Origin: an uncultured Thermotogae bacterium
Lineage (GTDB): Bacteria; Bipolaricaulota; Bipolaricaulia; UBA7950; UBA9294
Assembly: GCA_964582975.1 (NCBI GenBank)
Contig: CAZOUO010000002.1
Coordinates: 1 to 47,771 of the forward strand
Direction: 5' to 3'
DNA length: 47,771 bases
Shown: positions 1 to 8,656 of the stretch, piece after piece
Numbering within the stretch: the first letter of the stretch is position 1
Layout of the letters: each line of letters begins with the position of its first letter
Position numbers and translations under genes: made by a program
Notes under the pieces: model-generated
What the model was told of the DNA's origin: nothing
Seen by the model: only the letters and a program-made list of their open reading frames with translations
Databases searched by the model: none

Positions 1-668
1 ACTACTTCGGCCGTCCCCTTAGCACCCTCTCCTGGTGCTCTGGAAGGGAGAAGATGCGCATGCTCCGCCGCCTGGTTGGCGATCTCACAATTGAGGAGCT
101 CCCTATTGCCTATGCAGCGGTAGCGACCGACCTTGAAAGCGGACTTCCCTATCCCATAACGAAAGGGTCACTCGCCCGGGCCATCCGGGCGAGTATCTCG
201 GTCCCTGGTTTACTCACACCGGTTTGGATCGACGGGCATCTTCTGATTGACGGTGGAGTCGCTGACCCTGTCCCGGTCGATATCGCCCGCCAGCTCGGAA
301 CCGCTGTGGTAATTGCTGTCGACGTCCTCGTAAACCCAGAAGAGGAAAGACTTTCCGGGATCCCCATTCCGGCGTATCGGGAGCGAATCCTCGGGATCAT
401 CCGGAGAATGGAAGCCACCTACGCGGCCAACGGAACGGCCCGTCGGTTCTACCCGAGCGTCTTTTCTGTCCTGTTCCAAATGTCGACCGTTTTTCAGAAG
501 CGCGTCAGTGACCTATCGCTACAAACCCATCCCCCAGATGTGCTCATTCAACCCGACTTCTCCTCCGATCCACCTTGCTACAGTGATGTCAAGAACGGAA
601 TCGAGGCAGGGGAAGAGGCGGCCCGCCTCGCCCTTCCCAAGATCCTAGCAGTTCTCAATGCGGCGTGA
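1..668 (+). CDS. patatin-like phospholipase family protein, C-terminal part (5' end outside the window)
   Basis: ORF 54..668 stays open in frame back to nt 3. It has the patatin C-terminal block HLLIDGGVADPVPVDIARQLG, with the DGG motif carrying the catalytic Asp, and a preceding PIAYAAVATDLESG block. Confidence 0.8.
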   Translation, partial: YFGRPLSTLSWCSGREKMRMLRRLVGDLTIEELPIAYAAVATDLESGLPYPITKGSLARAIRASISVPGLLTPVWIDGHLLIDGGVADPVPVDIARQLGTAVVIAVDVLVNPEEERLSGIPIPAYRERILGIIRRMEATYAANGTARRFYPSVFSVLFQMSTVFQKRVSDLSLQTHPPDVLIQPDFSSDPPCYSDVKNGIEAGEEAARLALPKILAVLNAA

Positions 669-686
669 GCACGCGCCTCCAAAGTG

Positions 687-1776
687 CTAGCCAATTTCTA
701 TCAGCTGATCTCGGGGGTAATTTGTCAAAAGCTCGTAGCCATCCTCCGTAATGAGAGCAATGTCCTCGATTCGAACCTCGCCCAAACCAAAGATGTAGAT
801 CCCGGGTTCCATCGTAACCGCCATGCCCGACTCGAGCACTTCAGGCTTGTCCGGACCCAACTTAGGAAGCTCGTGCACTTCAAGTCCTACGCCATGCCCA
901 ACGGGAGAGAGGAAAATGTATTCCTTGTACGGAGAGCCTTCGATCACCTCACCGGCAGCCCAATGGACCTCGGACCCGAAAACGCCGGCACGAAGCGCAT
1001 CAAGACCCGCGTCCGTCGAGCGTCGTACGCAATCGTAAATCTCGCGTTGCTTCTCGGACGCCTCGCCAACTACGAACGTCCGGGTCATGTCAGAGCAATA
1101 TCCGCTTACTTGGGCCCAAAAATCCCCTTCTCCGAGCGTTCGCCGGCCGAGCGAAGGGCGGTAGTAAGGAAGCAACGTCTTCTCCCCAGAGGCAACCGTC
1201 ACCTCAAACGAGACCCGCTCGGAGCCAAGAACACGCATTAACACGCCAAACTGGAACGCCACATCGACTTCGTTCACCCCTGCTGTAATCTCCGCAACGA
1301 GCTGGGTCAGTGCCTCCTCTGAGATGCGGGTCGCACGCCGAATAAACTCGATTTCCTCTTGGTCCTTAACCGATCGCATACGCAGGATCGGATCTTCTGT
1401 GGCAATCAGGTCAACCCCGGCCACCACGCCAAGCCAGCCGACGACGCAGTGCGACATCCGCCAGGAGGCAAACGCCAGGCGCCGGATTCCCTTCACCTTG
1501 ACCGCCGCCGCGATCTCCGCCAGATAATCCCCCTCCGCGTGCCGAAGGGGTAACTCGGGGACCTCTCGCTCCGCCTGCTCAAGATAACGGGAGTCCGTAA
1601 GCAGCACGGGCTCATCGTCACGACAGACGAGAAGCGCCCCCTGTATATCCGGTCAGATAGAAGAGGCTAACGCGGTCGATGTCACGGGGCAGGATCCGGT
1701 CCAGGTCGAAGACTAAGAACGCATCCGCATCAATTCCATCCAACAACGCTGCCCTCCGTTTGGGGTAGTCGATCAT
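687..1776 (-). pseudogene. M24 family Xaa-Pro aminopeptidase (PepP-like), broken by a 1-nt frameshift or a sequencing error
   Basis: ORF 687..1607 carries the M24 catalytic domain (HGVGLEVHELP, MEPGIY, VRIED). ORF 1618..1914 carries the creatinase/prolidase N-terminal domain (MIDYPKRRAALLDGIDADAFLV...FYLTGYTG), with ATG at 1776 behind AAGGAG. Removing one C from the C5 run 1637..1641 joins the frames as ...YLTGYTGALLVCRDDEPVLLTDSRYLEQAE... Confidence 0.75.
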
Positions 1777-2120
1777 CTTGCTCCTTTCTATCTTAAGTAC
1801 GTTGGATCGGTTGTTCTCCCGGCTAGAAAACACGCCCATGATGACCGATCCCTTGCTCCGTGAGTCTCCAGTAAAAACCACGTTAAGAGACAGCGTGCCA
1901 CCAAAGTGAAACATATCTTACAGCACTACAGCACCGGCAAACTCGCACAAGCAAAACCCTAATCGACCCCGTATGCCTGGCAGCACCCTGTTCCGCAACT
2001 GCTTCACTCTCTCTTCCTGGTCGGACACTGCTACGAATTTGCTCACCAAACCAAAAGGAATAGTTGTCACACGCGGGCGCCTCCCTCATCACCAACCTCG
2101 ATGTCTTGAGCCATACAGGC

Positions 2121-2149
2121 TTGACATTTTGCGCCAAAACTTCGAAAGT
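2121..2149 (+). promoter_or_regulatory. candidate sigma70-type promoter of rnc (TTGACA-N17-GAAAGT)
   Basis: TTGACA lies at 2121..2126, followed by an exact 17-nt spacer and GAAAGT at 2144..2149, which keeps the A2 and T6 positions of a -10 box. It sits 26 nt upstream of the rnc ATG. The same TTGACATTT-N11-TTCGAAAGTA arrangement recurs at 3114. Confidence 0.35.
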
Positions 2150-2174
2150 AATTGCCTGAAGGGACTATTTAAAC

Positions 2175-2867
2175 ATGAAGGAAAGACCTATCGAAGAGCT
2201 GGCCGCCAAGCTTCGCCTAAAGATCGCTCCAGATGCACTAGAACGAGCGTTTCTACACAGCTCATACGTGAACGAAAGGGAGGATCCCCGCGGGTCGAAC
2301 GAACGCCTGGAGTTCCTGGGGGACGCGGTCATCGACCTCGCTGTTACGGACTATTTGTACAAACAGTACCCGGAAGCCGATGAGGGACGTCTCACCAAGG
2401 CGAAATCTGTTGCCGTAAGTCGGCCAATCCTCGCGGAGAAGGCAGAAAAACTCGGGCTATCCGCCTACCTTCGTCTGGGAAAGGGAGAGGAGGCAAACGA
2501 CGGTCGCAAGCGAGCGTCTAATCTAGGAAACGCTTTTGAGGCCTTGATCGCTGTCATTTTCCTCAAGCGCGGTTTTCCATACGCAGCGAAGTTTGTTCTT
2601 CGACATCTAAAGGAGGACATCGAGCGATTATTAGCCGAACAGGCAGCAACTGGTGATTATAAGAGTCTGTTGCAGGAGACGGCGCAGCGCCTATTCGACT
2701 GTCGGCCAGCGTACACCGTAACTGAGGAGACCGGGAGAGAGCATCTCAAGGAGTTCGTGGTCACCGTCTCTGTGGCCGGACACCGTGGAGTCGGCCGTGG
2801 CCGCAGCAAGAAAGAGGCTGAACAAGCGGCAGCAAAACAGCTATACTTGATGTTGGAGGAGTTCTAA
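2175..2867 (+). CDS. rnc: ribonuclease III
   Basis: The 230-aa product has the RNase III signature ERLEFLGDAVIDLAV and a C-terminal dsRBD (GREHLKEFVVTVSVAGH..GRGRSKKEAEQAAAKQ). Confidence 0.95.
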   Translation: MKERPIEELAAKLRLKIAPDALERAFLHSSYVNEREDPRGSNERLEFLGDAVIDLAVTDYLYKQYPEADEGRLTKAKSVAVSRPILAEKAEKLGLSAYLRLGKGEEANDGRKRASNLGNAFEALIAVIFLKRGFPYAAKFVLRHLKEDIERLLAEQAATGDYKSLLQETAQRLFDCRPAYTVTEETGREHLKEFVVTVSVAGHRGVGRGRSKKEAEQAAAKQLYLMLEEF

Positions 2868-2875
2868 CTAAATAC

Positions 2876-2949
2876 GCGCCCGTAGCTCAGTTGGATAGAG
2901 CAGCGGTTTCCTAAACCGCAGGCCGGAGGTTCGAGTCCTCCCGGGCGTA
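2876..2949 (+). tRNA. tRNA-Arg (anticodon CCT)
   Basis: A 74-nt cloverleaf was folded by hand. The acceptor is GCGCCCG/CGGGCGT (G1-U72 wobble) and the D arm is GCTC-AGTTGGATA-GAGC. The anticodon arm is GCGGT-TTCCTAA-ACCGC (CCT) and the T arm is GGAGG-TTCGAGT-CCTCC. The discriminator is A, and CCA is not encoded. Confidence 0.93.
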
Positions 2950-3113
2950 CCCGCCAGCTTGCTGGGGATCGCTTTGTGAAATGGGTAGTGCTGATTGCGC
3001 AACGTAATCTGTCAGACTACCTGACAGAAAGCTCGCAAGTATTCCTCTACGGGTAATTACTCCGTATCGTGAGTTAGCGAGTGCATGCGCAATTCGCTAG
3101 CCACCAGGTCAAT

Positions 3114-3142
3114 TTGACATTTCTCTCCGTGAGTTCGAAAGT
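3114..3142 (+). promoter_or_regulatory. promoter-like module TTGACA-N17-GAAAGT in the spacer downstream of tRNA-Arg
   Basis: TTGACA lies at 3114..3119, with a 17-nt spacer and GAAAGT at 3137..3142. The layout matches the rnc module, and it overlaps copy 1 of the GAGTTCGAAAGTNGTCCA motif (3131..3151). Confidence 0.3.
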
Positions 3143-3500
3143 AGTCCAGTAAGGCCCATGTGCAGTTAAAATTCCCAAGATATCTTGGTTTTCGTGACAC
3201 TGAGTTGTCCAGTTCAAGTCCCGCCCGGGATTCTATCTACGGGGAGTCGTTCTTGGGTTCTACCACTGAGAAAGTAGCGCGAGCAACGTCGTACCCTGAG
3301 CCGTTTTTTTGTCGTACATCCGCACATCGTAGTAGCCCGCATCGTTCGGCGCGTTCGGCAAGAGGACTCCCTCCAGGTTCCCCAAGATACTGATAGCTGA
3401 TGTCGTGCTGGTCTGTCACACCACCACGGGCACTCCTAGAATCGGCCTGGCCAGGCGGATGAATTAACGAAGAGCTCCCCTGGGGTGGCCAGATCACTAT

Positions 3501-4778
3501 TTGGATTATCATTTCGAAAGCCCCGCTTCATTTGATAGTATAGGTCCTTGCATGCTGCGCAAATCAGATACAGAGATACGCGGGCAACGCGAAGCAGTTC
3601 GGGCAAGAACGAATTCCAAAAAGCTATCTCTCCTCGTTCTGGCAGCTATCGTGGCCCTTTGTTTCACTGCTGACTCAGCCCTCCGGCAGCCTGCGCAGCT
3701 CTATCTGAAAGAACTTGGTGCCACACCAATCGTCATCGGCCTTGCTACTACCCTTGTCTTGTGCGGTATGCTGCTCGCAAGCTACGTATGGGGTAAGCTG
3801 TGCGATCGGTACTCCAAGAAGGCTCTCTTGTTCATTATGCTGTCTGGCGGGACTGTAGCTGTTGGGGTTCTTGCTCTGCTTTTACCGGCCAGCGGTGTCC
3901 TGTTGGCGATCCTTCTGCGCGCTTTGTTGATCATGGGAGTTGCTCCGGTTTCCATGGCCTATGCATCAAGGAAGAGCTCACGCTCCAAACGGGGAAGGAG
4001 CCTCTCCTACATCAACTCTGCGCGCTCACTGGGAATGACCTTAGGTCGCATGTTAGTCGGCTTTTCGTTAGCCGCTTTTGGCTTCCGGTGGACCTTCCTG
4101 TCATTGGCAATCTTGCCCTTTGTTGGACTCCTTCTGCTTTTCCGGTTGCCTGGAGAGGAAGGAGTCCGTGAACAGGCCGCGACGGCATCTCAACGTAGGC
4201 GGCCGCACAAAGGACTGATAGGGCTCTGTATTGGCGGTGGCCTCAGAGAGATGGGCATCTCAGGAAGCCTCTCGCTCGTCTATGTACACATGGTCTCCCT
4301 AGAGATCCCTGCCAGTGTGATGGGTGTCGTCAGTTCTCTTGCTCCGGGTGTCAGCATCTTGGCAATGCTTGTATTTGGCAGGATGTCCGACCGCGTGGGG
4401 AGAAGGAGGGTCTTCCTCTGGGGTTTCGCGCTCTCTCCGCTTCCACCTCTGTTGTTTGCGCTGGCTCACGACGTTTGGACTATGATAGCTGGCTATCTAG
4501 CCTTGGGGATGACGTTCGCTGCGTTCTACACCGGCTGCACCGCCTACATCGGCGATGTCAGCTCCGAAGGCAAGCATGGCACCATGCTCGGCCTTTTCGA
4601 GGCAATTCGGGCAATGGGCGGAATCCTGGGACCAATTATGGCGGGGCTGGCCACTACAGGTTTAGGCTTCTACGGGATGTTCATTGCGATGGCAGCAATA
4701 GTAAGCTGTGGCTTTCTACTGGTCCTTGCCCAATCGGGCGGCAAAGAACAGGACTCCATTGCGATAGTTGGGAGCTAG
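3501..4778 (+). CDS. MFS transporter
   Basis: The 425-aa product is hydrophobic with about 12 predicted helices. It has MFS loop 2-3 type motifs (GKLCDRYSKK, GRMSDRVGRRRV). The start may instead be the internal ATG at 3552 (MLRKSD...). Confidence 0.8.
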   Translation: MDYHFESPASFDSIGPCMLRKSDTEIRGQREAVRARTNSKKLSLLVLAAIVALCFTADSALRQPAQLYLKELGATPIVIGLATTLVLCGMLLASYVWGKLCDRYSKKALLFIMLSGGTVAVGVLALLLPASGVLLAILLRALLIMGVAPVSMAYASRKSSRSKRGRSLSYINSARSLGMTLGRMLVGFSLAAFGFRWTFLSLAILPFVGLLLLFRLPGEEGVREQAATASQRRRPHKGLIGLCIGGGLREMGISGSLSLVYVHMVSLEIPASVMGVVSSLAPGVSILAMLVFGRMSDRVGRRRVFLWGFALSPLPPLLFALAHDVWTMIAGYLALGMTFAAFYTGCTAYIGDVSSEGKHGTMLGLFEAIRAMGGILGPIMAGLATTGLGFYGMFIAMAAIVSCGFLLVLAQSGGKEQDSIAIVGS

Positions 4779-4918
4779 AAGCATCTTCGGACGCAAGAGG
4801 GGAAGAACCACTGTCGGTGGTAGCTCCGAATCAGGCGAAATACTCTCCATGGTGCTCCGGCCAACAAAAGTGGATGAAGGACCCTTCCGCAAAGCCGGGC
4901 ATCTTGTTTTTCCGATGT

Positions 4919-6058
4919 CTAGCTGGTCAACGAATGAGGCTCGGCACCCCGCGTCGCCATAGCAGATGGGGCAACCTGAGAGTAGAGTGTTGTGCGCTCC
5001 CGCGGAGGGCGGCCAATTCCCTCGATTAACCCTCTCAGTTCCGCCACGGCAAGCCACTCCCTGTTTCTGCCCCCCGCAGCACGAGAAATGCTCTCACCGA
5101 AGAGCGTCCCACCAAGATCATTCGCCCCACAGCAAAGCATGAGCTGCGCTAACCGCTCACCGTACTTGACCCAACTGGCTTGGATGTTCGTGAAGTTGTC
5201 GAGAAAGAGCCTTGATACGGCGATGACGAGGAGGTCCTCGATTACATTGGGTCCAGTTGCCACCAAGCCCTCATCGTGAAGCGGTGTGTTGTAGCGAATG
5301 AAGGGAAGAGGGATGAACTCAGTGAACACCTCTATTTCATCTTGAAGAGACCGCAGGATGGATAGATGCGCAATCCGGTTCTCGAAGGTCTCCACGTGGC
5401 CATACATCATCGTTGCAGTGGCCCGAAGTCCGGCACGGTGTGCCGCTCGGATCGCCTCGATCCATTCATGGGCGGAGAGCTTCCTTGGGCAGATTCTGTT
5501 TCGGACCGGTTCAACCAGGATCTCAGCAGCCGTTCCGGGCACACTGCCCAAACCGCTCTCGGCCAAGAGGCGATAGCCCTCTTGAAACGATAGCTTCTCT
5601 CGGCGTAGAGCGTGTTTCAACTCCTCGGGAGTTAGTCCATGAATGTGAATTGCAGGAAACGCAAGATGTACTGCGGACACAAGACGGACATAGTCATCCC
5701 ACGTCTTGTCTGGGTGAAGTCCTGCCACAAGGCAGACTTCAGTAATTCCGTGACCGAGGGACTCATTAATCAGTTCGATGATCTCTTCGATTGAGAGGCA
5801 GAAAGCATCTCGGTGGCCAGGCGGACGCGAGAAGCCGCAAAACAGGCAGCGGCTCGTGCACACGTTGGTCCAGTTGATGTTTTTGTTAACAACATACGTT
5901 ACCGCCTCTCCTGCCCGGTGAGCTCTCACCTCATCAGCGGTCAGTAGAACTTCGTGGACTTGTCTTCTGTCGACCCCCATAAGGGCCAGGGCGTCTTGCT
6001 CGGCCAGCCGGGCACCGTGCTGTAGAGCACTCAAAATGGATCGAATCGTTCTGCTCAA
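4919..6058 (-). CDS. cofH: FO synthase subunit 2 (7,8-didemethyl-8-hydroxy-5-deazariboflavin synthase, radical SAM)
   Basis: It has the radical-SAM motif in the CofH context NINWTNVCTSRCLFCGF. It is the last gene of the cof cluster. The maximal ORF reaches a GTG at 6124, which would overlap cofG by 70 nt. A TTG at 6058 overlaps the cofG TGA as TTGA and is my preferred start, though no clear SD precedes it. Confidence 0.85.
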   Translation of the reverse strand: MSRTIRSILSALQHGARLAEQDALALMGVDRRQVHEVLLTADEVRAHRAGEAVTYVVNKNINWTNVCTSRCLFCGFSRPPGHRDAFCLSIEEIIELINESLGHGITEVCLVAGLHPDKTWDDYVRLVSAVHLAFPAIHIHGLTPEELKHALRREKLSFQEGYRLLAESGLGSVPGTAAEILVEPVRNRICPRKLSAHEWIEAIRAAHRAGLRATATMMYGHVETFENRIAHLSILRSLQDEIEVFTEFIPLPFIRYNTPLHDEGLVATGPNVIEDLLVIAVSRLFLDNFTNIQASWVKYGERLAQLMLCCGANDLGGTLFGESISRAAGGRNREWLAVAELRGLIEGIGRPPRERTTLYSQVAPSAMATRGAEPHSLTS

Positions 6059-7071
6059 GATCGCGCCGTGCAAATAGGACGTTCGTTTTGCAGTGCTATT
6101 CCGAGCACCGTCTCGATGCACCACTTCTTGGAGAGATATTGCTGGTAGACAGGGAGTCTCGTGACCAGCTTCATTCCAGCCCTACGAAGATCCTCACGCA
6201 ACTCGCAAATGGGAGGCCAGTGATTGTCCGGATTGATGTAGTCGGGTGTGATCGGGCTCATTCCGCCAAGATCTCTCGCACCTGCATGCAACAGCTCGAT
6301 CAACTGCTCTGCGGTGAAGAGGTTACCCGGCACTTGGACCACTGTTTCTTCGGGGAGCAGCCGCCGCGCCATCTGCACCATACGAACCATCGTTGCTATC
6401 TTAGGCCGTCGAAGACCAACTGTGTTGTTCTGTGGAATCACTGGTTGAAGAATGACCTCCTGGATGTGGCCATACGTTCTCTCAAGGTCACGGATGTAAT
6501 GCAGTGCCCCTATCCGATCGCGCCACGACTCGCCGATGCCTATTAGGAGTCCTGTGGTGAAAGGTATCCTTAGCTCTCCAGCGCGTTCGATCATCCCAAG
6601 GCGAATGCCTGGGGCTTTTGACGGTGAGTAGCGATGCGCCGCCACCTGACCCGTGGTCTCCAGCATCAACCCCATGGATGCGACAACAGCTCTAAGACGC
6701 GTCATCGCCTCTTTCTCGATCACGCCGGGATTGACATGGGGAAGCAAACCTCGAGCAAGAGCATGTTCGCATCCCCAGATCAAGTACGACAAGAAGTCAG
6801 GGAATCCCCAATCCTCGAGAAGGGCACGTACGATATCGTACTCATCTGGGTCTTGCCCGTGCGTAAACAGAACCTCGACGCAGCTCGCGTTCTGCCCGCT
6901 ATCCAGAATGCCCAATAGAGCATCGGGCGAGATCACGGATTGTTGGGTAACGGCGGTGTGAAATCGACAGTAGGAACAGTTCTGCGTGCACGCGGTCGCC
7001 AGAGGGACGAATACATTGGGAGAGTAGGTTATGCGAAGCAAACCATCAGGATTTCCGCTGGGTCTTGACAT
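6055..7071 (-). CDS. cofG: FO synthase subunit 1 (radical SAM)
   Basis: The 338-aa product has the motif CTQNCSYCRF near the N-terminus. It has the CofG-like length and lies directly upstream of cofH. Confidence 0.88.
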   Translation of the reverse strand: MSRPSGNPDGLLRITYSPNVFVPLATACTQNCSYCRFHTAVTQQSVISPDALLGILDSGQNASCVEVLFTHGQDPDEYDIVRALLEDWGFPDFLSYLIWGCEHALARGLLPHVNPGVIEKEAMTRLRAVVASMGLMLETTGQVAAHRYSPSKAPGIRLGMIERAGELRIPFTTGLLIGIGESWRDRIGALHYIRDLERTYGHIQEVILQPVIPQNNTVGLRRPKIATMVRMVQMARRLLPEETVVQVPGNLFTAEQLIELLHAGARDLGGMSPITPDYINPDNHWPPICELREDLRRAGMKLVTRLPVYQQYLSKKWCIETVLGIALQNERPICTARS

Positions 7072-7690
7072 CTTCAGCTACCTTGAGATAGTCGCTCAGT
7101 AATGGCCATGCTGCGAATGCATCGCGTGGCGTGTCGATGTCGCCTGCAAAACCAGGGGCATGAAACGTCCCCACGCAGTACCCCCGCTTTGCCAAATCCT
7201 CCCGATGTCGTCTGTAGCTTTGGCCGCCAAAACACGGCCGGAAGGAACACGATGCGCGAATGAAGACCGCATTGGTTCCTACGCCCACCTCGTCGGGAAT
7301 CAGCAGGCAATCATAGTGGCCTGTCTCAAAAACTAGCAGAGCTTCCTCAACCTCCTCCCGCTGCAAAAACGGCAAATCACCCAGCACAATTCCCACCGCC
7401 CGTGGCCTTGCAGAAAGCACCCGCTGCAGCGCGTCCCGAAGCGTGGCGTTGAGGCCATACCCCCCTTCGGGCATCCAGATAGCCCCTCGCGCGATGGCAA
7501 AGCTTCTCAGCCTCGCGCCACTGCCCACTACGATCACATCACGAATCGCTCCTGCAGACCCTAATACCAGCAACACGTTTTCGAGCATGGCGAGGGTAAG
7601 GACTTGGCGCAAGGCTAGGGGAAACACCTCGGCGAGTCTAGACTTGCACCGGCCGATGTCCTTCATTGGCACAACAACGTCGCACGACAA
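7046..7690 (-). CDS. cofC: 2-phospho-L-lactate / phosphoenolpyruvate guanylyltransferase (CofC/FbiD family)
   Basis: The 214-aa product starts VVPMKDIGRCKSRLAEV, the typical CofC N-terminus (K..KSRL). It also has a GDLPFL block and sits between cofD and cofG. Confidence 0.8.
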   Translation of the reverse strand: MSCDVVVPMKDIGRCKSRLAEVFPLALRQVLTLAMLENVLLVLGSAGAIRDVIVVGSGARLRSFAIARGAIWMPEGGYGLNATLRDALQRVLSARPRAVGIVLGDLPFLQREEVEEALLVFETGHYDCLLIPDEVGVGTNAVFIRASCSFRPCFGGQSYRRHREDLAKRGYCVGTFHAPGFAGDIDTPRDAFAAWPLLSDYLKVAEDVKTQRKS

Positions 7691-7693
7691 CCG

Positions 7694-8656
7694 CTACGCT
7701 CCCACAGACTCAAGAATCTCACGCGCCAGCCTGATCTTGTCTTGCCCAGTCCGCATGATTGTATCAGTGACGACTACCTCCATCCCCATGTCCTGAATGG
7801 ACGATGCAAGCTTAGCGTCCCGTCGGTCGAGAACGAAGACACTAAGGAAGTCCGAATACTGCTCCGCCACGGCCGAAGCGGTCGCCTGAATACCGAAAGC
7901 CCGCAGCATCTGCAGAGTCGGACCCTTCACTGCACGGCCTGCAATAACCGGAGACACCGCGACCTTGACGGTGTCGACACCACATAATCGATCCCTGATG
8001 CCACGCAATGCAAGAATGGGAGCAACGCTCACTACCGGATTGGATGGCGCGATCACGATCACGTCCGCACACTCGATGCCCTCCACAAGACATGGTGAGG
8101 GCCGAGCTGCCTCAATCCCTTCGAACCGGACCCCGAGTACTTCGGGCTCCGTCCTCCGACGCACGAAGTATTCTTGAAATGGTAACTCTCCCTCCGATGT
8201 ATTCACCCACGTACTAACCGCGTCATCCGACATCGGAGCCAGGTTCACAGATACCCCCAGACTCCGCGCCAGTCTCTTGGTCACCTCGGAAAGAGAGAAT
8301 CCCTTGTTTAGAAGTGCTGTACGGACAATGTGAGTGGCCAAATCCCGATCTCCAAGTTGGAACCAAGTGTCCTCTCCATAGCGGGCTATCATTTCCAGCG
8401 CATTCCAAGTATCCCCTGCAATACCCCAGCCTTTAGGTTCATCTTGAAGTCCGGAAAGTGCGTACATCACGGTGTCCAAGTCTGGACACACACGTAGATC
8501 GTGACAGTTGAAATCATCTGCGGTGTTTACTATAACACTTAGAGACGGGCTATTCATTAAATGTCCGAGTCCATTCACCAGCTTTGCTCCTCCTACTCCA
8601 CCTGAGAGCACGACGACGTTTAGCTCATGTGCCTTTTTCCGAACCATGCTTGTCAC
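7694..8656 (-). CDS. cofD: 2-phospho-L-lactate transferase (CofD/FbiA)
   Basis: The N-terminus is VVVLSGGVGGAKL, the CofD glycine-rich motif. The start is ambiguous: GTG 8692, GTG 8656 (behind GAGAGGGA) or ATG 8647. All three overlap the cofE 3' end. Confidence 0.85.
   Translation of the reverse strand: MTSMVRKKAHELNVVVLSGGVGGAKLVNGLGHLMNSPSLSVIVNTADDFNCHDLRVCPDLDTVMYALSGLQDEPKGWGIAGDTWNALEMIARYGEDTWFQLGDRDLATHIVRTALLNKGFSLSEVTKRLARSLGVSVNLAPMSDDAVSTWVNTSEGELPFQEYFVRRRTEPEVLGVRFEGIEAARPSPCLVEGIECADVIVIAPSNPVVSVAPILALRGIRDRLCGVDTVKVAVSPVIAGRAVKGPTLQMLRAFGIQATASAVAEQYSDFLSVFVLDRRDAKLASSIQDMGMEVVVTDTIMRTGQDKIRLAREILESVGA

Noticed and set aside
3241-3500. A possible tmRNA, because 3241 starts GGGGAGTCGTTCTTGGGTTC, reminiscent of the tmRNA 5' end.
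   Set aside because: I could not find a T-arm plus an acceptor 3' end ending in CCA, a tag reading frame or a resume codon context within the next ~400 nt. The interval also runs into the MFS gene.
4779-4918. An intrinsic terminator between the convergent MFS and cofH genes (T5 run at ~4905-4912).
   Set aside because: I could not fold a GC-rich stem directly upstream of the T-run on either strand. Only 4-5 bp pairings are available.
6059-6124. The longer cofH start at GTG 6124.
   Set aside because: It would overlap cofG by 70 nt and add ~22 residues (VHRDGARNSTAKRTSYLHGA) with no CofH-like character. It is kept only as an alternative, because TTG 6058 lacks a clear SD.
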